A DNA stretch of 64,000 bases from assembly GCA_965223015.1 (NCBI GenBank), contig CBDCVL010000010.1, forward strand, positions 216,086 to 280,085, read 5' to 3'. A model generated the notes under the pieces. It had not been told where the DNA came from and made no database searches. It saw only the letters and a program-made list of their open reading frames with translations. The stretch is from Vicinamibacterales bacterium (lineage in GTDB: Bacteria > Acidobacteriota > Vicinamibacteria > Vicinamibacterales > UBA8438). A program made the position numbers and the translations under genes. Positions 30,596-40,681 of this stretch are shown here, piece by piece (the stretch's first letter is position 1; every line of letters starts with the position of its first letter).

Positions 30596-31138
30596 CTAGC
30601 GACGCTGTGCGTCGAACTCGGGAAACTCCTTGCACGGCATTGCCCAGCTCTCGCACGGACCGAGGGGCCGACCCTTTTCATAGACCAGCCGATTGACCGA
30701 CTGCCCCCCGGCCGTCGTCGTCGTCACCCGGAAGGTCAGGACTCCTCCATCGGCACTGAGCGACATCACTTCGTGCATCTGCATCTCGCCCTGCCGGCCC
30801 TCCACCACTAGACGAGCCCCTTCCCAACGCGATTCTGCGATCATCGTCGTATCGCGGCCTACGGGGATCGAGCGCTCGCGACCGGGAGTGTAGCTCCACG
30901 CCTTGAGGCCGTTCGTCTCCGGCCCGATCACGATCGTTCCGTTTGCCGCGTGCGTAATGAAGAGACGTTCGATGTGCGCGCCACCCCGACCTCCGCCAAA
31001 CGCGGGTGGGGTGAAATCACTCGCAGCCCGGTCGAGCGTCCAGACACCAGCAAAATCAGGTCCCTGTGCATGGGCCGGCAGGCCTATACACGCCAAGAAC
31101 AACACGCCTCCGACGCACGCAATTCGTTTGTCGACCAT
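30596..31138 (-). CDS. secreted hypothetical protein downstream of the PQQ-ADH gene
   Basis: Signal peptide (ACVGGVLFLACIGLPAHA). No family recognised. Confidence 0.55.
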   Translation of the reverse strand: MVDKRIACVGGVLFLACIGLPAHAQGPDFAGVWTLDRAASDFTPPAFGGGRGGAHIERLFITHAANGTIVIGPETNGLKAWSYTPGRERSIPVGRDTTMIAESRWEGARLVVEGRQGEMQMHEVMSLSADGGVLTFRVTTTTAGGQSVNRLVYEKGRPLGPCESWAMPCKEFPEFDAQRR

Positions 31139-31215
31139 CGACCTTGAGTATAGTCAGTGACCCGAGCGCCTCAGATCAGCAGACTCCGCACGGCGGACCG
31201 CTCGAGGAGTCGGCA

Positions 31216-33021
31216 CTACCCCCCCACGGCAAAGACCCAGATAACGCCGCCCTGGGGCACCTGCACACTTGTGCCCCGCTCTACGTTGATCACACCCTGC
31301 ATCGACTGCGCGTCGACACCGTAGCCCGATTGCACCGCGATGTACTGCACACCGTCCACCGCATACGAAGACGGTACACCGGTCACGCCGGAGTTCGTAC
31401 GCTGTTCCCAGAGCACATCTCCGATCGCCGCATCGAACGCACGAAAGTATCGGTCGCTGGTGCCGCCCATAAAGACGAGGCCGCCCGCGGTAGCAAGGAC
31501 CGGACCCCAATTGTGAGAGGCAAACTCTCGGGTCCATACCTGCTCACCGGCGTCGAGATCCCAGGCCTGCAGCTCTCCCAGGTGGTCAGCCCCATCCCGC
31601 AGAAAAGTCCGAACTGAGGCGCCGGTGAAACTCCGACCGGGTTCGTACTCGATCGGAAAACCCTCAATGGTCGAACAGAAGTTCTCGTTGGCCGGGATAT
31701 ACAGATACCGGGTCTGTGGGCTGTATGCGGCGGGCGGCCAATCCTTCCCACCCCACAGAGACGGACAGAACGTCGCGCGCTTGCCGAGGCCTGGCTTCCG
31801 GGATGGGTCGTATGCCGGTCGGCCAGTGTCGGAATCGATGCTGGAGAAGACGTCCTGGTGAACGTATGGAACGGCATCGACAAACGTGATTGCGTCGGCT
31901 GCGCGTTCGAGCAGCCACAGATAGCCGTTTCGAGCAGGGTGCACAAGACCGTTGATGACCCGACCGTCGCGATTGACGTCGATCAGTAGCGGCGCTGACA
32001 CTTCGTCCCAGTCCCACGAGCCGTTCCAGTGATATTGGTGATAGCCCTTGATCTCGCCGGTGTCGGCGTCGAGAGCAACAACGGAATTCGTGTAGAGATT
32101 GTCGCCCGGTCGGGCGTCTCCGATCCACGGTCCTGGATTACCCGTGCCCCAATACGTCATGTTTAGTTGGGGATCGAACGACCCGGTGATCCAGACCGGT
32201 GCGCCCCCGGTGCGCCAGGTCTCACCGGGCCATGTGTCGTTCCCGGGCTCGCCAGGCCCCGGCACGGTATAGGTTCTCCAGAGCTCGTCTCCGGTTTGCG
32301 GATCAAGTGCCACGACGAATCCACGAATGCCGCGTTCGCCACCAGAGACTCCGGCAAGAACCTTTCCATTAGCAACCAGCGGCGCCATCGTCATGTAGTA
32401 ACCGCTACGGTAGTCCTCGACGGGTTGCTCCCACCGGGCCACGCCCGTCATGGCATCGAGCGCGACGACGTGCGCGTCCTGCGTGGTCAGAAAGACCTGA
32501 TCGCCGTACAGGCCGACGCCCCGGTTTGTCCGGTGCCCTCTACGGACATCCTCGGGAAGCTGACGCACATAGCGCCACAAAAGGTCGCCCGTTCGTGCAT
32601 CGAGCGCAAGCATCTGCGACTCGGGCGTGGTCACGAACATGACTCCGCTGTGTACCTGCGGCGGTGCCTGGTGCCCCGAGGTCACACCGGTCGAGAACAG
32701 CCACACGGGTTCGAGGTCGGCCACGTTGTCGGTCGTGATCTGACCGAGCGGGCTGTAACCCCAACTGTCATAGGTGCGTCGATACATCAGCCAATCATCA
32801 GGAGATGGGTCTTTCAATTCATCGTCTGTGACCGGCGTGTATTCAGACGGTTCCGCGGTGGAAAATCCCAGCAGTGTCTGGCCTGCCGGCTCCTCGGATT
32901 GCACGTCAGACTCTCGTGGGGCCGTACACGAGAGCAGCACGACGGGCAGCATCAGGAAGATGGGGACCGAGCGCCACGATCTCTGCATAGAAGCCTCGTC
33001 CGGACGGATACGATCAGACAT
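31216..33021 (-). CDS. PQQ-dependent dehydrogenase, methanol/ethanol family
   Basis: Eight-blade propeller motifs, GGERGIRGF (metal Glu), GTGNPGPW, and WDWDE (catalytic Asp plus Asp at +2). The N-terminus is lipoprotein-like. Confidence 0.9.
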   Translation of the reverse strand: MSDRIRPDEASMQRSWRSVPIFLMLPVVLLSCTAPRESDVQSEEPAGQTLLGFSTAEPSEYTPVTDDELKDPSPDDWLMYRRTYDSWGYSPLGQITTDNVADLEPVWLFSTGVTSGHQAPPQVHSGVMFVTTPESQMLALDARTGDLLWRYVRQLPEDVRRGHRTNRGVGLYGDQVFLTTQDAHVVALDAMTGVARWEQPVEDYRSGYYMTMAPLVANGKVLAGVSGGERGIRGFVVALDPQTGDELWRTYTVPGPGEPGNDTWPGETWRTGGAPVWITGSFDPQLNMTYWGTGNPGPWIGDARPGDNLYTNSVVALDADTGEIKGYHQYHWNGSWDWDEVSAPLLIDVNRDGRVINGLVHPARNGYLWLLERAADAITFVDAVPYVHQDVFSSIDSDTGRPAYDPSRKPGLGKRATFCPSLWGGKDWPPAAYSPQTRYLYIPANENFCSTIEGFPIEYEPGRSFTGASVRTFLRDGADHLGELQAWDLDAGEQVWTREFASHNWGPVLATAGGLVFMGGTSDRYFRAFDAAIGDVLWEQRTNSGVTGVPSSYAVDGVQYIAVQSGYGVDAQSMQGVINVERGTSVQVPQGGVIWVFAVGG

Positions 33022-33309
33022 CCTGAGCGAAGCCAGTGCCTCCGTCCCGACTCCGCTGGACTAGATGCGGATGCCATTCTCTCATGCTCTCATGCGTCGC
33101 GGGTGTCGCCTTCTCGATGCCCAAAAAATGGGTGTCTTTCGTCCGATCGGCGCTCATTCCCTGGAGAGCCGACCGCGGTGGAACTGACGAGACAGCGCGG
33201 GTGCGATCCACAGACGGCGGTTTTGATGGTGCTCGTGGGGCAAGGGCTGGTAAAGTTACGGTATAGGGATCGTATCGTCCAGGGGCGGTAGCCGGGTTTG
33301 GACTGAGGG

Positions 33310-34665
33310 GTGAATGGCATGAGGCACCTAAAACGAATCGTAGGCCCAACGCTCGTTGCCATGATGGCAGTGACACCGTGGTCGGCCCACGCTGCGGCTG
33401 CGGATTCGCCGACGTATGCGAAGGACATCGCGCCGATCTTCCGGGAGAAGTGCGAGGCGTGTCACCGACCCGGCTACATCGCACCGATGTCACTCCAGAC
33501 CTACGAGGAAGTTCGGCCATGGGCTCGGTCGATCAAGAATCGGGTGGAGGCGCGTCAGATGCCGCCGTGGCACATCGACAGCGCCGTCGGCATCCAGGAC
33601 TTCGAGAACGACCGATCACTGACCGCCGACCAGATCGACATGGTCGCTCGCTGGGTCGACAGCGGCGCGGCGCGGGGCAACCCGGCCGACATGCCTCCTC
33701 CAGCGGTGTTTGCGGACGACGATGTCTGGAACTTCGTGGATCTGTTTGATGGCCCGCCTGACCTCGTCATCCAGTCGACACCCCATACGATGCCGGCGCT
33801 GGCGCAGGACCGTTGGTGGAAACCGGAGGTCCCGACTGGGCTCACGGAAGACCGTTGGATCCGCGCGATCGAGATTCGACCGTCCACTGTTGACGGTCGT
33901 CGGATCACCCACCATGCCCTCGCCATTCTTCAGCAGGAAGAGGACGAAGACGCCTTGGGCGCCGCAGCCGACATCGGCCCGGGTCTCTTGATGGAGTGGG
34001 CCGTTGGCAAGCAAGGCGAGATCATGCGGGAGAACAGCGGCAAGCTGCTCAAGGCGGGCTCGTCGATCGTGTGGGACATCCACTACAGCGCAGTGGGCGA
34101 GGAGATCACCGACACGGTGGAGCTCGGACTCTACTTCTACCCGAAGGAGGCGCCGCCCAAGTATCGGCAAGTACTCTCCGCCTGGAGCGCCATCGAGGGT
34201 GGAAACGACAATCTGTCGATTCCGCCAAACACGATTGTGGCAACCGAGCGTTTCCACGTGTTGAAGAACAACGGTCGTGTGGAGAACTTCCAGCCGCACA
34301 TGCACCTGCGGGGTGTGGGAATGCAGATGACCGCGGTCCTTCCGGACGGGACCACCCGGGTGTTGAGCCGCGTAAGCGATTTCAATTTTAATTGGCACAA
34401 CAACTACGTCTACTCGGACGTGGAGGCTCCGCTGCTGCCCAAAGGCACCGTGATACAGGTCAAGTCTTGGTACGACAACACGTCGGCAAACCGCTCTAAT
34501 CCAGACTCGAATCAGTGGGTCGGATACGGAGACCGGACCGTTGATGAGATGGGTCACGCGTGGGTCAACGTCACCTACATGGATGATTCGGATTTCGAGG
34601 CCGCGGTAGCGGAGCGCGACCGGATTCTTGACAGCAGGACGACCGATGTTAGCGACGGACAGTAG
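33310..34665 (+). CDS. periplasmic mono-heme cytochrome c fused to a PHM/DBH-like type II copper monooxygenase fold
   Basis: KCEACH in the typical YAKDIAPIF..C..CH context, THHAL (CuH-like HH), QPHMHLRG (CuM HxH), FNFNWH, and DEM (Met ligand region). Confidence 0.8.
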   Translation: MNGMRHLKRIVGPTLVAMMAVTPWSAHAAAADSPTYAKDIAPIFREKCEACHRPGYIAPMSLQTYEEVRPWARSIKNRVEARQMPPWHIDSAVGIQDFENDRSLTADQIDMVARWVDSGAARGNPADMPPPAVFADDDVWNFVDLFDGPPDLVIQSTPHTMPALAQDRWWKPEVPTGLTEDRWIRAIEIRPSTVDGRRITHHALAILQQEEDEDALGAAADIGPGLLMEWAVGKQGEIMRENSGKLLKAGSSIVWDIHYSAVGEEITDTVELGLYFYPKEAPPKYRQVLSAWSAIEGGNDNLSIPPNTIVATERFHVLKNNGRVENFQPHMHLRGVGMQMTAVLPDGTTRVLSRVSDFNFNWHNNYVYSDVEAPLLPKGTVIQVKSWYDNTSANRSNPDSNQWVGYGDRTVDEMGHAWVNVTYMDDSDFEAAVAERDRILDSRTTDVSDGQ

Positions 34666-34746
34666 CTCGGTCGCACAGCCAACCTGATATTGGGAGCCGC
34701 TCCTGGTGAACGGGAGCGGCTCCCGTCACGTACGAGGAGGAATCGT

Positions 34747-35592
34747 ATGCGAGTGAGTCGCTCAACCGCTCTGGTTGTCGTCCTTCTTTCGATGCTGAGT
34801 AGTGCCCTCGCGGTATCGCGCGCGACCGCTCAAGTACCCAGGACTCTCAAGGATTCTGGTGATCCGGTCTTTCCGGTGTTTGAGGGCTGGTACGACAACC
34901 CGGACGGCAGCTTCACTCTTCTCGTTGGCTACTTCAACCAGAATCTCAAGCAGACAGTTGAGATACCTATCGGAGAGGACAACTATCTCTCTCCCGGTGT
35001 GCCGGACCGGGGTCAGCCGACTATTTTTGAGCCTGGGCGAGGATGGGGCATTTTCACGATCCAAGTACCGGCCGATTTCGGCGACGGCACGGTGGACTGG
35101 ACGCTCACCGCCAACAGCCAAACCGTCACGATTCCGATGCATCTCAGGGCGGAATGGTACGTCGAGCCACACCAGGATGCTGCGAACGGCAATGAGCCAC
35201 CCATAGTCCGGTTCGCCCCGGACGGTGCGGCGCACCAAGGGCCACCGATCGGCATTGCGCAGACGTTGAGTGCATCCGTTGGGACACCGCTGGAATTGAG
35301 CGTCTGGACGAGTGACAAGAAGCCAACCCTCAACGTCCGCCAGAACCCGCGGTTTACGAGGCCAGCGTTGATTCTCTTGTGGAATGTCTTGCGCGGACCG
35401 GGGGACGTGGAGTTCTCCGCGGGGGTGCAGGAATTCGAGGACTCATCCGATCAAAACCCCAAGACAACTGGCACCTTTGGTGAGCCGGGAGAGTACCTCC
35501 TGCGCGTCGAAGCACTCGATGAAAGCGGCGAGGGCGGCGGCGGCTTCCAGTGCTGCTGGACCTCGGCACATGTCCGTGTGAATGTGCTGTGA
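34747..35592 (+). CDS. secreted partner protein (paralog of 5925..6950)
   Basis: ATG preceded by GAGGAGG, a signal peptide, and the shared motif with 5925..6950. Confidence 0.75.
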   Translation: MRVSRSTALVVVLLSMLSSALAVSRATAQVPRTLKDSGDPVFPVFEGWYDNPDGSFTLLVGYFNQNLKQTVEIPIGEDNYLSPGVPDRGQPTIFEPGRGWGIFTIQVPADFGDGTVDWTLTANSQTVTIPMHLRAEWYVEPHQDAANGNEPPIVRFAPDGAAHQGPPIGIAQTLSASVGTPLELSVWTSDKKPTLNVRQNPRFTRPALILLWNVLRGPGDVEFSAGVQEFEDSSDQNPKTTGTFGEPGEYLLRVEALDESGEGGGGFQCCWTSAHVRVNVL

Positions 35593-35641
35593 GCGTCTCA
35601 AGAGGCGCACCCACCTTCAGCGACCAGGACTAAAGCGCTTT

Positions 35642-36157
35642 TCATGACCGTGTGGCGGCCGAGTACCCGCAGTGCCGAAAATAGTTGCGGCATTCGTCAG
35701 GGCTGAAGTGCGCCAAGCACTCGCCGAGGAACGGCCAGAGCGTCTCGGTGCTGCGACAGCGAGCGGTGCGAACGAGGGCTTTGAGCTTCGCGAAGCAGAG
35801 CTCGATGGGATTGAGGTCCGGGCTGTAGGGTGGCAAGTACCAGAGGGTGGCCCCGGCGGCCTGGATGGCGCGTTGGATGCCGGCGACCTTGTGGGCCCCG
35901 AGATTGTCGGCAATGACGATGTCGCCGGGCTGCAGGGTCGGCACCAGGATCTGTTCGATGTAGGCGCGGAAGCTCTCGCCATCGATCGCGCCGTCGAAGA
36001 CCCCCGGTGCGGTCAGCCCCGTGACCCGCAACGCGGCGAGAAACGTGCTGGTCTGCCAGCGCCCGCCGGGGGCGTGGTCGTGGACGCGCGCGCCACGCGG
36101 TGCCCGGCCGTACCGCCGAAGCAGATTGTTCGTGATGCCGGTTTCGTCCAGAAACAC
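35642..36157 (-). CDS. IS630 transposase orfB (DDE catalytic part)
   Basis: ..VFLDETG.. and ..YSPDLNPIE.. (DDE/D motifs). The frame is open upstream back to the A-run. Confidence 0.8.
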   Translation of the reverse strand: MFLDETGITNNLLRRYGRAPRGARVHDHAPGGRWQTSTFLAALRVTGLTAPGVFDGAIDGESFRAYIEQILVPTLQPGDIVIADNLGAHKVAGIQRAIQAAGATLWYLPPYSPDLNPIELCFAKLKALVRTARCRSTETLWPFLGECLAHFSPDECRNYFRHCGYSAATRS

Positions 36158-36218
36158 GAGGTGGGCGACGTCCCAGGTCGGCGCCGCCGCGTGCCACGCG
36201 ACCCGCGCGGCCGCGACG

Positions 36219-36581
36219 TCAGGCCGATCGTGTTCGGACGGGCGGACCGTTTTTTTTAACGGTCAGGCCAAGGGCCCGTACGGCGCGCCAGACCGTCGGC
36301 ACACTCGCGGGCGTGGCGAGGGCGTCCTTCAGCTCAGCCAGCGTGCGATCCGGGTGCGCCGCAATCAGATCGGCCAAGGTGTGCAGGTGCGGCTCGAGCA
36401 TGCAGCGCCGTCCCTGTCGCTGGACGCGAGGCGCCACCTCGCCCGTGTCGCGCCGTCGCTGTTTCAGTAGCCGCACCCACGACCCGCTCACGCGGTACTT
36501 CGCCGCCACATCGGCCGCCTTCATCCCGGCATCGCTGTCGAGTAGCACCCGCTCTCGCAGATCCATCGAATAGGCACGCAT
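36219..36581 (-). CDS. IS630 transposase orfA (HTH part)
   Basis: [12 protein letters not shown].. is the helix-turn-helix N-terminus typical of IS630/Tc1-like transposases. It ends just after the A8 run (T run 36250..36257 on the plus strand). Confidence 0.8.
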   Translation of the reverse strand: MRAYSMDLRERVLLDSDAGMKAADVAAKYRVSGSWVRLLKQRRRDTGEVAPRVQRQGRRCMLEPHLHTLADLIAAHPDRTLAELKDALATPASVPTVWRAVRALGLTVKKNGPPVRTRSA

Positions 36582-36714
36582 CGGTCCTCCTGCATCGGTA
36601 TGCGCAGAAGTACCACGACCGCCCCAGGTAGTACAAGGCCTATTTGAAAAGCGCTTTAGCAGGACCAGAAGGACGTCCGGGCTACGAAGCGCAGCTCACG
36701 ACGGGCGCGGCGTA

Positions 36715-37986
36715 TTAAAGGTTCCCGAGGCTGAGCAGGAGCGGCTGCTCCAGGCGATCCGCCACCCACCTGAGGAAGCGGACGGCGTCGGCGCCATCAA
36801 TGAGCCGATGGTCGTACGACAACGAGAGCGGCAACATCATACGCGGCTCAAAGGTCTGGTTGACGAACACGGGGGCGTACGCCGCCCTAGAAAGGCCGAG
36901 GACCGCGACTTCGGGATGGTTCACGATCGGCGTAAACGCGGTACCACCGAGCCCGCCGAGATTCGTGACTGTGAAGGTTCCGCCTTGGAGGTCTTCGACC
37001 GAGACACGCTTGGTGCGCGCTTTCTCCGCCATGGCAGAGATGTCGTTCGAGATCTCGAGCAGACTCTTCCGATCGGCATCGGTAATGACGGGCACGAGCA
37101 GCCCGCGGTCCGTGTCGACTGCAATACCGATACTGACGTACTGCTTGTAGACAATCTCCTGACGCGCAAGGTCTAGCGACGCGTTGAACTGCGGAAACTT
37201 CTTCAGTGCCATCGAGAGCACCTGCACGGCGAAGGCGGTCACGGTAAGAGGGACGCCTGGCGACTCCTTCTTGAGCTTCTTCCGCACCACCTCGAACTGC
37301 GTGATGTCGGCCCGGTCATGCTGTGTCACGTGGGGTACGGCTCGCCAGGACGCGCTCACCTTTCTCGCAGTCGCACGACGAACCCCGCGCAGCGGTGCCC
37401 GTTCGACCTTCCCCCATCTAGAAAAGTCAGGCGCGGCCGGCTCAATCGGTGTGGTGTCGCCGCTTCCGCCGGCACGTTCGAGCACCTGTCTGGCGTAGGC
37501 CTTGACGTCGTCTGTCAGGACGCGCCCCTTTCCACCACTGCCCGTCACGTCGGCAATATCAACACCCAATTCGTGGGCGATACGGCGCGCCGAGGGTGCC
37601 GCGAGGACAGTCCGATTTGCTGGACTCCCGGATACAGGTGCCGGCGGATCGCCAGGGGTGGGACCGGAGTCCGGTGTCGCCACACTTGGGGCAGGTTTCG
37701 GAGAACTTTCCGCCTGGGAGACCGGCTGCTCGGTCGCAGTCTCACCGTCCGTTTCGCCGATGGTCACGATGAGTTGGCCTACGGTGACGGTGTCTCCGGT
37801 GCTGACAGAAACGCTCTCAACGGTTCCGGCAGCCGGCGACGGCACTTCAATCGTGGCTTTGTCCGTCTCGAGCTCGATCAAGGGCTGGTCGGCGTCCACA
37901 GTGTCGCCGGGTGCCACCAACACCTGAACGACTTCTCCACTCTCGATGTTCTCACCAAGCGCCGGCAGCATGAATTGTACGGCCAC
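36715..37986 (-). CDS. aceF: dihydrolipoamide acetyltransferase (E2) of pyruvate dehydrogenase complex
   Basis: Lipoyl domain (ETDKATIEV), E3-binding domain (PSARRIAHELGVD), and the catalytic DHRLIDGA. The GTG start at 37986 lies 22 nt after the aceE stop. Confidence 0.9.
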   Translation of the reverse strand: MAVQFMLPALGENIESGEVVQVLVAPGDTVDADQPLIELETDKATIEVPSPAAGTVESVSVSTGDTVTVGQLIVTIGETDGETATEQPVSQAESSPKPAPSVATPDSGPTPGDPPAPVSGSPANRTVLAAPSARRIAHELGVDIADVTGSGGKGRVLTDDVKAYARQVLERAGGSGDTTPIEPAAPDFSRWGKVERAPLRGVRRATARKVSASWRAVPHVTQHDRADITQFEVVRKKLKKESPGVPLTVTAFAVQVLSMALKKFPQFNASLDLARQEIVYKQYVSIGIAVDTDRGLLVPVITDADRKSLLEISNDISAMAEKARTKRVSVEDLQGGTFTVTNLGGLGGTAFTPIVNHPEVAVLGLSRAAYAPVFVNQTFEPRMMLPLSLSYDHRLIDGADAVRFLRWVADRLEQPLLLSLGNL

Positions 37987-38008
37987 GTCAGTCCTCGTCC
38001 TCGGATCG

Positions 38009-40681
38009 TCAGGCCAGCATTGGAGCGGCCTTGTCCGGGTCAATGTCCAGGTCGGCGATCGCCTGAGCGACCAACTCCGGGGCAACCGAACCGTCCCTTG
38101 CCAACGCTCGGAGCGCGGCCAGTGCGATGAACCTCGCGTCCACCTCAAAGAAGTCCCGCAGCGCGGCTCGAGTGTCGCTGCGACCGAACCCATCGGTCCC
38201 CAGTGCGACAAGCGGCGTGTCGAGCCATTGACTCAGCGAATCTGGAATTGCCTTGAGGTAGTCGCTCGCCGCGACGACAACACCCGGCTCGTTACCCAAG
38301 CATTGCGTCACGATCGGCCGACGTGCCGGTTCCAGCGGATGCAACATGTTCCAGCGATCGCAGGAATGGCCATTGCGGTAGAGCTGAGCCCAGCTGGTGA
38401 CACTCCAAACGTCCGCGGCCACATCGTAGCGCTCGAGCAACTCCTGGGCCTTGAGCGCCTCGAGCAGGATTGCCCCACTGGCCAGCAGTTGTGCTCGATG
38501 TGCCGCTCCCTGGGCGTCGGCTGTCTTGAAACGGTAGAGGCCGCGTAGAATGCCGTCGCGCGAGCCTTCAGGCATGGCGGGCATGGCATACGGTTCATTC
38601 ATGACGGTGAGGTAGTAGAAGATGCTCTCCTGCTCGACGTACATCCGCCGGATACCGTCCTCAATGATCACGGCCAGCTCGTAAGCGAAGGCCGGGTCAT
38701 ACGCCAGCAGATTAGGGACCGGATACGAGAGCAGATGGCTCTGCCCGTCCTGGTGCTGCAAACCCTCACCGGCGAGCGTGGTGCGACCAGCTGTGCCCCC
38801 CACCAGAAAGCCTCGACAGCGCGAGTCGGCCGCGGCCCAGATCAAATCGCCGACCCGCTGGAATCCAAACATCGAGTAGAAGATGAAGAATGGGATCGTA
38901 TTGACGCCGCGAGTCGCGTAGGCCGTGCCGGCCGCTATGAACGACGACAGCGAACCGGCCTCCGTGATCCCTTCCTCGAGGATCTGTCCGTCCTCAGCCT
39001 CGTTGTAGTACAGCAGCGTGCCGCGGTCGACCGGCTCGTAGTGCTGTCCCGCATGGGCATAGATGCCAACTTGCCGAAACAGCGCCTCCATCCCGAACGT
39101 CCGTGCTTCGTCAGGGACGATCGGCACGATGAGATCTCCGATCTCCTTGTCGCGGAGGAGTCGGCCGAACAGCTTCACGAACGCCATGGTCGTCGAGACT
39201 TCTCGCCCTTCCGTTCCCACGTGAAACTCGTGGAACGCTTCCGGCGGCACGCCAGACAGCGGAGCTGAACGAATGGCTCGCTGAGGCACGGAGCCGCCGA
39301 GAGCCGCCCGCCGCTCCTTCACGTACTCCGCTTCTGCGCTGGTTTCGGGCGGGCGGTAGAACGGCACATCGTGGAGCTGTTCGTCCGACAAGGGGATCCC
39401 GAACCGCGTCCGGAATCCCTGGAGCTCGTCTTCGTTCAGTTTCTTCTGCTGGTGCGTGATGTTTCGTCCCTCACCGCTCTCCCCAAGGCCATAGCCCTTG
39501 ATCGTGCGGGCCAGAATGACCGTCGGCGACCCTTTGTGGTCGGACGCCGCCTTGAACGCTGCATAGACTTTGGCCGGATCATGCCCACCGAGGGTCAGCT
39601 TCTTGAGCGCATCATCGGTCAGGTGACTCACCCTGTCGAGGAGCTTCGGATGTGCACCCCAAAAATGCTCCCGCACGTAGGCACCGGACTCCACCGCATA
39701 CTTCTGGTATTGCCCGTCAACTGTCTCGCCCATTCTCCTGACGAGCAGACCGTCATCGTCCTGTGCGAGCAACGGGTCCCAGTCTCGTCCCCATATCACC
39801 TTGATCGCATTCCACCCTGCCCCACGAAACGCCGCCTCTAGCTCTTGGATGATGTGTCCATTCCCGCGAACGGGCCCATCCAAACGCTGGAGGTTGCAGT
39901 TGACGACAAAGATGAGATTGTCGAGCTGCTCTCGCGATGCGAGGGTAATGGCGCCCAGGGACTCGGGCTCGTCGGTCTCGCCATCTCCAAGGAACACCCA
40001 CACCTTCGAATCTGACGGAGGCTTCAGGCCTCGGTCCTCAAGGTATCGCTGGAATCTCGCCTGGTAGATCCCCATGATCGGGCCCAGGCCCATCGACACC
40101 GTTGGAAACTCCCAGAACTCTGGCATCAGCCAGGGGTGCGGATAGGAGGACAACCCGCCACCGTCTGACAGCTCGCGGCGAAAATTCTCGAGATGTTCTG
40201 CCGTTAAACGACCTTCGGTGAATGCGCGCGCGTAGACTCCGGGCGCCGCATGCCCCTGGAAGTACACCAGGTCACCGTCGTGAGTGTCGGTCGTGGCACG
40301 GAAGAAGTGGTTGAACCCAACCTCGTACAACGTCGCTGCCGACGCGTAGGTTGAAATGTGGCCTCCGATTCCCGGCTCTCGCTGGTTGGCCCGGACGACC
40401 ATAGCCATCGCGTTCCACCGGACCAAGCTCTTGATCCGACGCTCGACCTCGCGGTCTCCGGGATACGCAGGTTCCTCCCCTGTCGAGATGGTGTTGACAT
40501 AGGGTGTTTTGGCCGTGAATGGGAGTTGTACCCCTTTGCTCGTTGCCCGGCGGGTGAGCTCTTGTAGCAGGTGTCCGGTTGCCGCGAGCCCGTGCTGATC
40601 GATTACGGCGTCGAGTGAATCGACCCACTCGTCGACCTCCATCGAGCCGATCTCGCTGGGATTACTTGCCCGATCGTTCAT
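38009..40681 (-). CDS. aceE: pyruvate dehydrogenase E1 component, homodimeric type
   Basis: 890 aa with typical AceE sequence throughout, including the ThDP motif region GDGETDEPES. Confidence 0.95.
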   Translation of the reverse strand: MNDRASNPSEIGSMEVDEWVDSLDAVIDQHGLAATGHLLQELTRRATSKGVQLPFTAKTPYVNTISTGEEPAYPGDREVERRIKSLVRWNAMAMVVRANQREPGIGGHISTYASAATLYEVGFNHFFRATTDTHDGDLVYFQGHAAPGVYARAFTEGRLTAEHLENFRRELSDGGGLSSYPHPWLMPEFWEFPTVSMGLGPIMGIYQARFQRYLEDRGLKPPSDSKVWVFLGDGETDEPESLGAITLASREQLDNLIFVVNCNLQRLDGPVRGNGHIIQELEAAFRGAGWNAIKVIWGRDWDPLLAQDDDGLLVRRMGETVDGQYQKYAVESGAYVREHFWGAHPKLLDRVSHLTDDALKKLTLGGHDPAKVYAAFKAASDHKGSPTVILARTIKGYGLGESGEGRNITHQQKKLNEDELQGFRTRFGIPLSDEQLHDVPFYRPPETSAEAEYVKERRAALGGSVPQRAIRSAPLSGVPPEAFHEFHVGTEGREVSTTMAFVKLFGRLLRDKEIGDLIVPIVPDEARTFGMEALFRQVGIYAHAGQHYEPVDRGTLLYYNEAEDGQILEEGITEAGSLSSFIAAGTAYATRGVNTIPFFIFYSMFGFQRVGDLIWAAADSRCRGFLVGGTAGRTTLAGEGLQHQDGQSHLLSYPVPNLLAYDPAFAYELAVIIEDGIRRMYVEQESIFYYLTVMNEPYAMPAMPEGSRDGILRGLYRFKTADAQGAAHRAQLLASGAILLEALKAQELLERYDVAADVWSVTSWAQLYRNGHSCDRWNMLHPLEPARRPIVTQCLGNEPGVVVAASDYLKAIPDSLSQWLDTPLVALGTDGFGRSDTRAALRDFFEVDARFIALAALRALARDGSVAPELVAQAIADLDIDPDKAAPMLA

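Larger units (their letters stand above)
35633..36656 (-). mobile_element. IS630-family insertion sequence, copy 1 (1024 bp)
   Basis: Perfect 12-bp terminal inverted repeats AAGCGCTTTTCA / TGAAAAGCGCTT. They are flanked by TA (35631..35632 and 36657..36658). Two transposase ORFs are separated at an A8 run. Confidence 0.85.

Noticed and set aside
33616-34557. 313-aa minus-strand ORF inside the cytochrome-c/PHM-like gene. Similar antisense ORFs lie at 11078..11848, 8700..9410, 9465..10082, 52126..52920 and 35672..36259.
   Set aside because: All lie antisense to genes with clear family motifs and give Arg/Gly/Pro/Val-rich products typical of GC-rich shadow frames.
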